Assembly (NCBI GenBank): GCA_963754315.1
Contig: CAVWFS010000018.1
Span: forward strand, 576,001 to 640,000
From: an uncultured Candidatus Rokubacteria bacterium
GTDB taxonomy: Bacteria; Methylomirabilota; Methylomirabilia; Rokubacteriales; CSP1-6
Length of the DNA stretch: 64,000 nucleotides
Reading direction: 5' to 3'
Part shown: positions 18,099 to 27,887 of the stretch, piece by piece
Layout: every line of letters starts with the position of its first letter
Numbering within the stretch: position 1 is the stretch's first letter
The notes under the pieces: generated by a model
Database searches by the model: none
The model's input: the letters and a program-made list of their open reading frames with translations, nothing else
What the model was told of the DNA's origin: nothing
Program-made: the position numbers and the translations under genes

Positions 18099-19808
18099 AT
18101 GATCCGCTCACGGCTGGTGGTGACCAAGCAGACGCCGCGCGCTCCGCGCGGTCTGGTGACGGCCGAACACCCGCTGGGGGCTGAGGCGGGCGCGCGCGTC
18201 CTGAAAGCGGGGGGCAACGCGGTGGATGCCGCGGTGGCCACAGCCTTTGCCATGACGGTGGTGGAGCCGTTCATGAGCACCTTGGCTGGTTCCGGCACGA
18301 TGCTCGTGCATTTAGCCCGACAGGGAACGACCAAGGCTCTCGACTTCAACGGCTGCGCGCCCCTCGGTGCACATGCCGAAATGTTCCCGCTGACCGCCGG
18401 CGTTTCCACTGCGCTGTTTGCGTGGCCCCGAGTACGGGATGACGCCAACGTCTACGGCCCGCTGTCGGTGGCCGTGCCGGGATCGGTGGCCGGTCTCATC
18501 TATGCTGTCGAGCACTGGGGCACGATGGAGCTGCCCGACGTCCTGGCGCCGGCCATCGAACTCGCGCGCGAGGGGTTCGTGCCCGATTGGTACCTGGCGC
18601 TGACAACGGCGAAATACCTCGAGGAGCTGAGCGGCTTTCCGGAGAGCGCGCGCACGTACCTCCGCAACGGTCGCGCGATCTACCGCCCGCCCACCGCCGA
18701 GTACGCGGATCGCACCGCGTATCCTGACCTTGCCCGCAGTTTGGAGCTGATCGCCCGCGAGGGTAGCGACGCCTTCTACAAGGGCGCCATCGCCGACGCC
18801 ATCGCAGAGCACATGAAGCAGACGGGCGGGCTCATCACCAGGAGCGATCTGGCCGCCTATCGCGTGCGCCTGGGGGAACCCGTGACGAGCGCCTACCGGG
18901 AACTGGACGTCGCATGGTCGCCGGGGGCGACGGGCGGCATCAGCGCGCTCCAGATCCTCAACACGCTCGGCCAGCTCCCGGCCGCCCACATCGGCTGGCG
19001 GACGGCGTTGGGGCTTCACAATCGGGCGCAGGCTATCTGCCGCGCCTTCGTCGACCGTTTCGCGCGTCTGGGTGATCCCGAGGTCGTCAATGCCCCGTGG
19101 GAACACCTCGCCTCGATCGACTACGCTCGCGCGATCGCTTCCGAGATCCGGCGCCATGGAAGTCCGGCTGATCGCGCTCCCGGTGCGCGAGGGGGTCTGA
19201 GGGCTGCGCGCGGAGGTCTGCAGGGGGCGGCCCGCCCCCTGCAGACGATGGATGACTGCACGACACACGTCTGCGCGGTCGACCGTGACCGAAATATGGT
19301 GTCGCTGACCAACACGGCCGTCTCGACCTACGGCTCACGAATGGTCGTGCCCGGCACGGGAATTCTCCTGAACAACGGGATGATCTGGTTCGATCCCGAG
19401 CCCGCCAAGCCGAACTCGGTGGGGCCGGGCAAGCGCGCGATGGTCAACATGGCGCCCGCCCTCGCGTTCAGAGGAGGGCGCCCGTACCTGGCCGTGGGGG
19501 CGCCGGGTGGGCGCAAGATTATTTCGGCCGTCCCACAGGTCATCGCCAATCTTGTCGACGACGCTCAATCCGTCCAGGCAGCCATCGAGGCGCCCCGCGT
19601 CCACATGGAGGGCGACACCCTCGAGGTCGACGACCGGGTAGGCGATCGCGCGCTGCGTGAGCTCAGCCGCCGGGGCTACGCGGTGGTCGCTCGCGAGGAG
19701 ACGTATGCCAGTTCGTTCTTTGCCAAGCCCATTGCCATCCGTGTCACCCGCGGTGGACTCGAGGCGGGTCTCGACCATCTGCGCCCGGCAGCCGCCGCCG
19801 GCTATTGA
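18099..19808 (+). CDS. Gamma-glutamyltransferase family protein
   Basis: GGNAVDAAVA, VAVPG, TTHVCAVD (nucleophilic Thr), GILLNNGM, GAPGG. Confidence 0.92.
   Translation: MIRSRLVVTKQTPRAPRGLVTAEHPLGAEAGARVLKAGGNAVDAAVATAFAMTVVEPFMSTLAGSGTMLVHLARQGTTKALDFNGCAPLGAHAEMFPLTAGVSTALFAWPRVRDDANVYGPLSVAVPGSVAGLIYAVEHWGTMELPDVLAPAIELAREGFVPDWYLALTTAKYLEELSGFPESARTYLRNGRAIYRPPTAEYADRTAYPDLARSLELIAREGSDAFYKGAIADAIAEHMKQTGGLITRSDLAAYRVRLGEPVTSAYRELDVAWSPGATGGISALQILNTLGQLPAAHIGWRTALGLHNRAQAICRAFVDRFARLGDPEVVNAPWEHLASIDYARAIASEIRRHGSPADRAPGARGGLRAARGGLQGAARPLQTMDDCTTHVCAVDRDRNMVSLTNTAVSTYGSRMVVPGTGILLNNGMIWFDPEPAKPNSVGPGKRAMVNMAPALAFRGGRPYLAVGAPGGRKIISAVPQVIANLVDDAQSVQAAIEAPRVHMEGDTLEVDDRVGDRALRELSRRGYAVVAREETYASSFFAKPIAIRVTRGGLEAGLDHLRPAAAAGY
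19216..19246. repeat. Perfect 15-bp-arm inverted repeat inside the GGT reading frame
   Basis: GTCTGCAGGGGGCGG-C-CCGCCCCCTGCAGAC. Confidence 0.85.
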
Positions 19809-19819
19809 AGGAGAGGACC

Positions 19820-20131
19820 ATGCCCGATATCACGCTGACCGCTGCCTTCTCCACGGTGCCTTCCGGCGAAGCCGAGGAGATCAAGCGGGTGATCGTAGAG
19901 ACGGTCGAGCAACTCGCCCGCGACGACGGAGCCTTCACGCGGGCCAAGATCGTCTTCACGGAGTCTGATGAACGCTGTGGGCTCACTGCCGAGCTCGACG
20001 GCGTGAAGAAGGAAGGTGTCCCGCTCCAGCTGGACCTCGAGCAGCTCGAAGACGCCAAGACCTCGGCGGGCTCGCGCGCCCAGCTCAAGGAGGCACTCCG
20101 ACTCTACTTCCGGAAGGTCCAGGGAAGGTGA
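19820..20131 (+). CDS. Hypothetical protein
   Basis: RBS AAGGAGAGG, 103 aa, typical codon usage. Confidence 0.7.
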   Translation: MPDITLTAAFSTVPSGEAEEIKRVIVETVEQLARDDGAFTRAKIVFTESDERCGLTAELDGVKKEGVPLQLDLEQLEDAKTSAGSRAQLKEALRLYFRKVQGR

Positions 20132-20171
20132 GGTGTAATCTGACGCATAGGGGTCTCAAGACTTTGAAATA

Positions 20172-20927
20172 ATGCGTGTTCTTATCGTGAATGCCGATGA
20201 TTTTGGCCTCACCCCGGGCGTGAGTGCCGGCATCCTCGGTGCCCACCGCCACGGAATCGTGACGAGTACCACGGCCCTCGTGAACCGAGCGATTCCGCCC
20301 GCGCAGATCGATGCCGCGCTGGGCTCAGGGATCGGGATCGGTGTGCACATCAACCTGACCCTCGGTGCTCCGATCACGGGCGCGCCCTCGCTGGTGGATG
20401 GTTCGGGACGGTTCGTGCGCGATGCCCGCCAGGCGGCAGCCCGGGCACGAGCGAAAGAGATCGAGGCCGAGATCGAGGCCCAGCTCGAGCGGTTCGAGAC
20501 GCTCTTTCGACGTCCGCCGACGCATTTCGATACGCACCACCACATCGGGCTGTTGCCGCCCGTGCGGGAGATCGTCCTCTCCTGGGCGGTACGGAGCCGG
20601 TCGCCCGTTCGTAGCCAAAACGCCGAGGCTCGCCAGGCAGCGCGCTCGGCCGGTCTCGCCACACCCGATCACTTCTTCGGCGAGTCTGGCCCAGATGCCT
20701 ACTGGACACTAGCCCGCGCGCTGGGGCATCTTCGACGACTGCCGGTGGGCGTGTCGGAGTTCATGACTCATCCCGGGTACTGCGACGAGGAGTTGTCCTA
20801 CAGCCGCTACGGCCGCCAGCGCGAAACGGAGCTCGTCGGCCTCGGCGCCCAGGCCCGGGCGGCGGCGGCGACGCTCGGGATCCGACTCCGCGATTTCTCC
20901 AGGATCGGCCGCGGCTTCGCGTCATGA
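20172..20927 (+). CDS. YdjC/ChbG/HpnK-family carbohydrate deacetylase
   Basis: LIVNADDFG, GVHINL, THFDTHHH, FMTHPG. Confidence 0.92.
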   Translation: MRVLIVNADDFGLTPGVSAGILGAHRHGIVTSTTALVNRAIPPAQIDAALGSGIGIGVHINLTLGAPITGAPSLVDGSGRFVRDARQAAARARAKEIEAEIEAQLERFETLFRRPPTHFDTHHHIGLLPPVREIVLSWAVRSRSPVRSQNAEARQAARSAGLATPDHFFGESGPDAYWTLARALGHLRRLPVGVSEFMTHPGYCDEELSYSRYGRQRETELVGLGAQARAAAATLGIRLRDFSRIGRGFAS

Positions 20928-20956
20928 AAGGCGGACACTTCGTCACGCAGCACCTG

Positions 20957-20988
20957 CCGTGATGTCGCTCACGTGAGCGACATCACGG
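20957..20988. repeat. Perfect 32-bp palindrome over the probable start of the CPBP gene
   Basis: CCGTGATGTCGCTCAC-GTGAGCGACATCACGG, no spacer. Confidence 0.85.
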
Positions 20989-22439
20989 TCCTCGAGCCCC
21001 CCTCGAGGTTCCCCGACCTCGACGTACCCCGTCGGTCGGTGGAACGCTCCTGTCCGGGGCGATCCTTCTGCTCTTCGCCGGCTGGATGACCTGGGTGCAT
21101 CTCACCCAGCCGCGCATCGATGCGGTGGCGGCACCTGAGGAGGCGCTCGCTCTCGTCGTGTCGCGGGGCATGGATCTCAACGAGGGGCTCCGGCGGATCT
21201 CCCCTTGGGAACGACGACTGCACCAGCTCATCTCCGCCGACGGCAGCGATGATCTCAAGCAGGCGATTGCCTGGTACGAGGAGCTGGCGGAACGGTCGGA
21301 TGATCCCAAGGTGGACGCTCACCTCGCCATCCTCTACGGCGAGGCCGGCAATACGGACCGCGTGGGGAAGCTGACGGCAGCTTGGACGGGCGACGGTGGC
21401 ATGCTGGCCGTCCTCGCCCCCATCGTCAATACCGCCTACCTGGGCGGGGTCGATGCCGAGGAGGACGCCGAACGGGACGGGTCTTCGTGAGGCGCTTGTG
21501 GACGGGTGGTTCAGGGACCGCCTCGCCCTGGCATGGGCAACCCGCGTGGGCGACGCCTCGTTGCGGGCGGAGGCGAACCAGTCTCTGGAAACGAGCGCCC
21601 GGGCCCTCCTCGGGCGCGCCCGCGCCCTGGCCGTTATGAACGTGACCCTGGTGGGAGCTGGCGTCGTGGCGCTGGTGGCCATTTGGCGCCGTCGCCACCG
21701 ACCGGGCGCACTGACGGTGGGGCGCGCGGCCCTGCCCCCTCCCTGGCCCGGGAAGCTCGGCGTCATTGTCCTGATCCGGGGTGGGGCCGGCGCCGCCCTC
21801 GTCATCGTCGTCCTCCTTTTCCTGTCCGGCCTGTTCGGCTCCTGGTTCGATCTCGACCATCCGATGCTCGAGGCCATCACGTGGCCTTTGATGTACGTGC
21901 CCCTGCTCCTGCTCGTGCAGAATTTTCTCCTGGCGCCGGCCGGCATTGGCTTCCGCGACGCGCTCGGGCTCCGACTGGTGCCCGGGGCCGGCCGCCGCGT
22001 CGTCATGATCGGCGTCGCGCTGGTGGCGGCGGGAGCCCTCTTTACGACCCTCATCACTCTCGGCGGAAGCCGGCTCCATTTGACCAGCCACTGGAGCGAA
22101 TGGTTCGATGAGGAGCTGGCCTTCGGAGACCCCCTCGCCGTGGTGGCGAGCCTGGCGGGAGCGGTAGTATTCGCTCCTCTCTTCGAAGAGATCGTGTTCC
22201 GGGGGATCCTCTTCGCAACCCTTCGCCGCGGAATGGGGGCGGGCCCGGCCATCGTCACGAGCGGGGTGGTCTTTGCTTTCGCCCACGGCTACGGCGCGCT
22301 GGGTTTCGTCGACGTCCTGTGGAGCGGGGTCCTGTGGGCCTGGGCCTTCGAGCGGACGGGTAGCGTGCTGCCGGGAATGATGGCGCACGCGCTCACCAAC
22401 CTCATGGTGTCGGTCACCGTGCTGACCCTGCTGCGCTGA
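20973..22439 (+). CDS. CPBP (CAAX/Abi) intramembrane metalloprotease with N-terminal soluble domain (apparent frameshifts at ~21000 and ~21480)
   Basis: FEEIVFRG, FAFAH and AHALTN motifs in 21396-22439. The N-terminal TM and helical domain lie in the 21086 frame. Confidence 0.75.
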
Positions 22440-22450
22440 GGGCCGAGCCG

Positions 22451-22467
22451 CCGCGTATAATACGCGG
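22451..22467 (+). promoter_or_regulatory. -10 box TATAAT inside an inverted repeat, 7 nt before GTG (probable leaderless promoter)
   Basis: CCGCGTATAATACGCGG-C-GTG, with no SD sequence. Confidence 0.6.
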
Positions 22468-22468
22468 C

Positions 22469-25390
22469 GTGAATGATCTCGAACACGAGCTCCGGAAGGT
22501 CATCGCCGGCGACGTCCGTTTCGACACTTTCTCGCGTCTGCTCTACTCGACTGACGCCTCCATGTATCAGATGGAACCGATCGGCGTGGTCATCCCGCGC
22601 GACGCCGCCGACGTGCAGGCAGTCGTGGAAGTGGCGCAGCGGCAGCAGGTGGCCCTGCTGCCGCGCGGAGGGGGCACGTCGCTCACCGGACAAACGGTGA
22701 ACCGTGCCCTCGTCCTCGACTTCTCAGCGCACATGAATCAGGTCCTGGAGGTCAACGCGGAGGAGCTGTGGGCGCGGGTGCAGCCGGGCCTGGTGCAGGA
22801 CGAGCTGAATCATCACGTCCGGTCGGCGGGGCTCCTCTTTGGCCCGGATACGTCCACCTCCAACCGCGCCACCCTCGGTGGCATGATGGGCAACAATTCC
22901 GGAGGGTCGCATTCCATCACGTACGGACTAACCGTGGAGCACGTGATCGAAATCACGGCGCTCCTCGCCGATGGCTCGCGGGTGGTCTTCCAGGAGATCA
23001 CCCCAGAGGCGTTCCAGGCCAAGTGCGCGCTGCGCGGGCTCGAGGGGCAAATCTACCGTGAGGTGGCGCGTCTCGCCGAGACGTACGAAGACGAGATCCA
23101 ACGCCGCTACCCGCCATACTGGCGCCGAGTGGCGGGCTACAATCTGAGCGAGCTCATCACCGGTTCAGAGGGAGCGGTGTACCGCCATCCCAGCGGCGGC
23201 GCCGCCCCCACCGGCGCCGAGCGGGGTCGGCTGCTGAACATGGCCCGACTCGTCATTGGCTCCGAAGGCACCTTACTCACAATCCTGGAGGCCAAGGTGC
23301 GTCTGTGCCGACGGCCGCGGGCGACCGCCCTCGACGTCATCCACTACCGCGATATGCAGGAAGCCCTGGAGTGCTCGCAGGCTATCCTGGAAACGGGACC
23401 GCACGCGGTGGAGTTGACCGACAAGATGATTCTCGATCTCGCCCGCGGGAATATCGAGCAGTCCCAGCGCATGGGTTTCGTGCAGGGTGATCCCGAGGCC
23501 ATCCTGATCGTTGAATACGCGGGGGAGAGCGAAGCCGAGGTGCGAGCCAAGGTGGACCGGCTGGAGGCGCTCCGCCAGCGGCAGCGTTTCGGCTATGCGT
23601 CGTCGCTCGCCTATGAGGTGGGGGAGCAGCAGTCCATCTGGAAGCTTCGCAAAGCCGGCCTCGGTCTCCTCCTCGGCATGAAGGGGGACAAGAAACCCAT
23701 TGCCTTCGTGGAAGACACGGCCGTCCATCCTCGCCACCTTGCGGAATTCGTGCCGCGCTTCAAGGAGATCTTTGCCAAGCACGACACGGTGGGCGCCTAC
23801 TACGGCCACTGCTCGGTGGGGTGCCTGCACATCCGTCCCGTCATCGACCTCAAGACGCCGCGCGGGCTCGAGCAGGTCAAGGCCATCGCCGACGAGATCT
23901 TCGACCTGGTGGCGGATTTCCACGGCACCATCTCGAGCGAGCATGGAGACGGGCGCGCTCGCAGCCCATACCTCGAGCGGATGTATGGCCCGACCATCAT
24001 GCAAGCCTTCCGGGAGCTCAAGCGCGCCTTCGACCCCGAGAATCGGCTGAATCCCGGCAACATCGTGGCGAGCCCCGCCGTCACCGACCACCTGCGCTTC
24101 GGAACGTCCTACCGGACGTGGGAACCCAAGACCCTCCTCGACTTCTCGGAGCAGGGAGGGTTTGCCGCCGCCATCGAAATGTGCAACGGAGTGGGCGTGT
24201 GCCGCAAGAAGCTCGAGGGCACCATGTGTCCCTCGTACATGGTCACGAAGGACGAGGAGCACAGCACGCGCGGGCGCGCCAACGCGCTGAGGACGGTACT
24301 GTCCGGCAAGGTGCCGGCCACGGAGTTCACCGGGCGACGGCTCTACGAGGTCATGGATCTCTGCCTGGAGTGCAAGGGATGCAAGGCCGAGTGCCCGTCC
24401 AACGTGGACATGGCCAAGCTGAAATACGAGTTCCTGCACCACTACTACCAGGCCAATGGCCTCCCGCTGCGCAACCGCCTGTTCGCACGCATCGCGCAGC
24501 TGAGCGAATGGCAGGCGCGCGCGCCGCGGCTCACCAACCGGCTCGCGCGCCTGCCCGTGAGCCGTCGCCTGCTGGAACGGCTGGGTATCGACCCTCGGCG
24601 TCCGCTGCCCACCCTGGCGGCCGAGCCGTTCACGGTCTGGTTTGCGCGTCATCGCCAGCCCACCGCTGCGCCTCGGGGCGAGGTGGTCCTGTTCCACGAC
24701 ACCTTCGTGACGTACAACACCCCGACCATCGGCCAGGCCGCGGTGGCCCTGCTCGAGCATGCGGGATATCGCGTCGTGCTCGCCGACAAGAAATGCTGCG
24801 GGCGGCCCATGATCTCCAAAGGGTTACTGGCAGACGCGCGCGACCACGCGCGCTGGAACGTGGAGCGCTTGCACCCATTCGCCGCCCGCGGGGTGCCTAT
24901 CGTGGGGCTCGAGCCGTCGTGCCTGCTGACCCTGCGTGATGAGTCCGTGGATCTTCTCCGCACCGAAGAGGCAAGGGCGGTCGGGCGCGCCAGCTTTCTG
25001 CTCGAGGAGTTTCTCGTTCGCGAGCGCCGACGTGGGCTCGAGCTCCGCTTCCGGGACCATGGCCGGCGTGCCCTTCTTCACGGGCACTGTCACCAGAAGG
25101 CGATCGTGGGCACTGCCCCCACGGTCGCGGTTCTACGCTGGGCCGGCTTTGAGGTCGCCGAGGTCGACTCGGGTTGCTGTGGGATGGCCGGCTCGTTCGG
25201 TTTCGAGAAGGAGCACTACGATATCTCGGTCGCGGTGGGCAATCGCCGACTCGTGCCCGCGGTGAAGGCCGAACCCGCCTCCACGGAGATCGTGGCGCCG
25301 GGAATCTCATGCCGACAGCAGATCGATCACCTGGCCGGTCGTCGGGCCAGGCATCCCGCGGAAGCCCTCTGGGACGTGCTCGCCCGCTGA
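22469..25390 (+). CDS. FAD-linked oxidase with Fe-S and CCG domains (YdiJ/GlcD-GlcF fusion type)
   Basis: PRGGGTSLTGQ, GSEGTL, SSEHGDG, CNGVGVC, CLECKGCKAECP, CCGRP, CCGMAGSFG. Confidence 0.92.
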   Translation: MNDLEHELRKVIAGDVRFDTFSRLLYSTDASMYQMEPIGVVIPRDAADVQAVVEVAQRQQVALLPRGGGTSLTGQTVNRALVLDFSAHMNQVLEVNAEELWARVQPGLVQDELNHHVRSAGLLFGPDTSTSNRATLGGMMGNNSGGSHSITYGLTVEHVIEITALLADGSRVVFQEITPEAFQAKCALRGLEGQIYREVARLAETYEDEIQRRYPPYWRRVAGYNLSELITGSEGAVYRHPSGGAAPTGAERGRLLNMARLVIGSEGTLLTILEAKVRLCRRPRATALDVIHYRDMQEALECSQAILETGPHAVELTDKMILDLARGNIEQSQRMGFVQGDPEAILIVEYAGESEAEVRAKVDRLEALRQRQRFGYASSLAYEVGEQQSIWKLRKAGLGLLLGMKGDKKPIAFVEDTAVHPRHLAEFVPRFKEIFAKHDTVGAYYGHCSVGCLHIRPVIDLKTPRGLEQVKAIADEIFDLVADFHGTISSEHGDGRARSPYLERMYGPTIMQAFRELKRAFDPENRLNPGNIVASPAVTDHLRFGTSYRTWEPKTLLDFSEQGGFAAAIEMCNGVGVCRKKLEGTMCPSYMVTKDEEHSTRGRANALRTVLSGKVPATEFTGRRLYEVMDLCLECKGCKAECPSNVDMAKLKYEFLHHYYQANGLPLRNRLFARIAQLSEWQARAPRLTNRLARLPVSRRLLERLGIDPRRPLPTLAAEPFTVWFARHRQPTAAPRGEVVLFHDTFVTYNTPTIGQAAVALLEHAGYRVVLADKKCCGRPMISKGLLADARDHARWNVERLHPFAARGVPIVGLEPSCLLTLRDESVDLLRTEEARAVGRASFLLEEFLVRERRRGLELRFRDHGRRALLHGHCHQKAIVGTAPTVAVLRWAGFEVAEVDSGCCGMAGSFGFEKEHYDISVAVGNRRLVPAVKAEPASTEIVAPGISCRQQIDHLAGRRARHPAEALWDVLAR

Positions 25391-25424
25391 CCATGGGCGC
25401 TGTGTATCAGCGAGGAAGACCATC

Positions 25425-25500
25425 ATGACATTGACCCGACGCGCAATGTTGCAGGCAAGTGGTGGGACCTTTGCTGGCTACGCCGTGGCCGCCGACCCGT
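25425..25500 (+). pseudogene. Orphan Tat-signal-like N-terminal gene remnant
   Basis: RBS GAGGA, then MTLTRRAMLQASGGTFAGYAVAADP, which runs directly into the 3' end of the convergent UbiD gene. Confidence 0.4.
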
Positions 25501-26886
25501 TCAGACCCCCTTCGCGCCCTGGCGCTCGACCAGCGCGCGCGCCCACGCCATCCTCTCGGCGGGCATCACCAGCTTCTCGGCGAACGGAAGCCCGAAGGGG
25601 CGCGTAGCGTCGACGCCCAGCTTGGCGGTCACGCCGCGCTCGTCTGCGCTGGGGTCCAGTAAAGCACCCAGACTCCCGGAGATGACGACGAGGTCGCGGT
25701 CGGCCTGCATGCGGGTGGCGACCGCCCACATCACATCCGATTCGTCGAAGACGTCGACGTCGTCGTCCACCACGATCACCAGCTTGAGGTAGTGATCCAC
25801 TCCGAGCACGACCGGGATGACGTGCTTGGCCTCGCCGGGCCGACCCTGCTTGATGGATACGTAGGCGGTGAACGATGATGTCCCCGAGAGGGGCACGTGG
25901 ACGCCCGTCACGTTGGGAATGACCCGGGTGAGAGCATTTCTGATCTCCGCTTCCCGGATGAGGCCGAGCGTGGTGATGTGATCGCCCGCGCGCCCGGAGC
26001 CAATGGACTGAAACCAGGGCCGTTCCCGCATGGCCAGGGCCCTGGCCACAAACACGTGCTCAGTGCTGCGACGGGAAAAGTACCCGGTGAATTCGCCGAA
26101 CGGACCTTCGGGCTCACGCACCCCGGGGAGGATTTCGCCCTCGACGACGATCTCGGCGGCAGCGGGCACGTGCAGGTCGATGGTCGTACACGGCGCCACC
26201 TCGAGCGGTTCGCCGAAGAGCCCACCGACCACCTCGAACTTGCCGACATCCGCCGGGGGATAGGCCAGCGATCCCATGGATACGAGCGGATGGAGGCCGA
26301 GCACGATCGCGCAGGGCAACGGCTGGCCCTTGGCCTCCGCGCGGCGCTGGTACTCGAACATCCGGCGACGCGAGTGCAGGCTCACGCCCAGTCGATTGGC
26401 GCCGCGAAGCTGGAAGCGATGGTAGCCTTCCGTCTCTACCCCGGTCTCCGGATCGCGCGCGACGAGCATGCCGGCCGTCAGGTAGCGCCCGGCGTCACCC
26501 GGGAAATAGGTGGGGATAGGCAGTCTCGTCAGGTCGACCTGAGCGCCGCGGACCACGTGGGCTCGAAAGGGTGCCTGCGCAATCACCACGGGCTTGATGG
26601 GCTCGGTGAGCCGACGGGCATACTCGACCGGCAGCGCAGGCTCGGTGACGCCGAGGGCGAAGGCGAGGGCGCGGCGGCTGGCCACCACATTGCACACAAT
26701 CGGAATATCTGTCCCCATCACCTTCTCGAAGACCAGGATGGGATAGCGGCGCCGGCGCTCGTATTCGAGGACGAGCGCCATCACGTCGTGGTCAAGAGAC
26801 ACGGGTTCGACGATCCGGACCACCTCGCCCGGATAGGCCGCCGCGTAGGCCTCTATGAAGGAACGCCAGTCCTGGCGTGCTTCCAT
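25501..26886 (-). CDS. UbiD-family prFMN-dependent decarboxylase
   Basis: DAGRYLTAG, PAAAEIVVEGEI, EGPFGEFTGY, IVVDDDVD, WAVATR. Confidence 0.92.
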   Translation of the reverse strand: MEARQDWRSFIEAYAAAYPGEVVRIVEPVSLDHDVMALVLEYERRRRYPILVFEKVMGTDIPIVCNVVASRRALAFALGVTEPALPVEYARRLTEPIKPVVIAQAPFRAHVVRGAQVDLTRLPIPTYFPGDAGRYLTAGMLVARDPETGVETEGYHRFQLRGANRLGVSLHSRRRMFEYQRRAEAKGQPLPCAIVLGLHPLVSMGSLAYPPADVGKFEVVGGLFGEPLEVAPCTTIDLHVPAAAEIVVEGEILPGVREPEGPFGEFTGYFSRRSTEHVFVARALAMRERPWFQSIGSGRAGDHITTLGLIREAEIRNALTRVIPNVTGVHVPLSGTSSFTAYVSIKQGRPGEAKHVIPVVLGVDHYLKLVIVVDDDVDVFDESDVMWAVATRMQADRDLVVISGSLGALLDPSADERGVTAKLGVDATRPFGLPFAEKLVMPAERMAWARALVERQGAKGV

Positions 26887-26899
26887 GGTGGTGCCTGGG

Positions 26900-27875
26900 C
26901 TACTTCACGGGGCCCACCACCATGTCGCGCGGCTGGCCCTTGAGGAAATGCTCGACGTTCTCCACTGCTCGCAGCAACCCGTCGCGGACGACCTCGGGCG
27001 TTTGCCCCGCGTTGTGCGGCGACAGCACGACATTGGGGAACTCGAAGAGAGGATCGGATTGCTTGGTCGGCTCGTCGTGAAAGACGTCGAGCCCGGCGCC
27101 GGCGATCCGGCCTGTTCCGAGCGCCTCGAGAAGGGCCTCACGCTCCACGAGGGCGCCGCGTGCTGTATTGACGAGGATGGCCGTGCGCTTCATGAGGGCG
27201 AAGTCCTTGCGCCCGAGGAAGCCCCGCGTCTCGGGGATGAGACGCAAGTGAAGGCTGATGAAATCGGCAGTGCGCAGGAGTTCTTCCTTGGCGGCGGAGG
27301 TGGCGCCAAGGCCCACGATGGCCTGAGAGTCGCCGCGCATGCTCCAGGCCAGGACGTTCATGCCGAGAGCGCGACCGAGCGCGATGACCCGCGCCCCGAT
27401 TGTTCCCGTCCCGAACACCCCCAGCGTCTTGCCGGAACACTGGGTGAGCATCTCGCGCGGCCAGGCCCCCCCACGCATCTCGCGGTCGATACGGGGGATC
27501 TTCCGACCCTGCGGCGAGGATCAAGGCGATCGTGTGCTCGGCGACGGCGAAGGCATTGACCCCGGGGGTATTGCACACGGTGATCCCGCGGCGGCCAGCG
27601 GCACCCAGGTCGACGTTGTCGGTGCCGGTGCCCCAGATGGAAACCAGCTCAAGCTTGGGGCAGGCCGCGAAGACTGCGTCGCTGAAGCGGGCATGGGCCC
27701 GGATGTTGATGGCGATGCGCGCGCGGTCGATACGACGAACGAGCTCGTCCTGGTCATCGGCGCCTCGCTGGCTGTATACGCGAAGGTCACCGAGCTTGGC
27801 GGCTCGCTCGTGGGCGGCCGATTTCTCGAACACGGAGGGAAAGTCATCGGGGACGACGATCAGAGGGTCGGGCAT
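26900..27875 (-). CDS. D-2-hydroxyacid dehydrogenase (SerA-like), one apparent frameshift at ~27508
   Basis: GTGTDNVD, NTPGVNAFAVAE, GTGTIG, NTARG, LDVF, SPHNAG. Removing one G restores ILAAGRKIPRIDREM. Confidence 0.85.
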
Positions 27876-27887
27876 GGTAAGACCTCG

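Noticed and set aside
21488..21490. TGA splitting the CPBP gene as a possible Sec codon
   Set aside because: Downstream homology continues in a different frame and the site is not a Cys motif, so this is a frameshift.
23273..24760. Long antisense ORFs (also 20969-22258, 54006-55265, 55315-56952, 56733-57995)
   Set aside because: Shadow ORFs expected opposite real genes in high-GC DNA, with no recognisable motifs.
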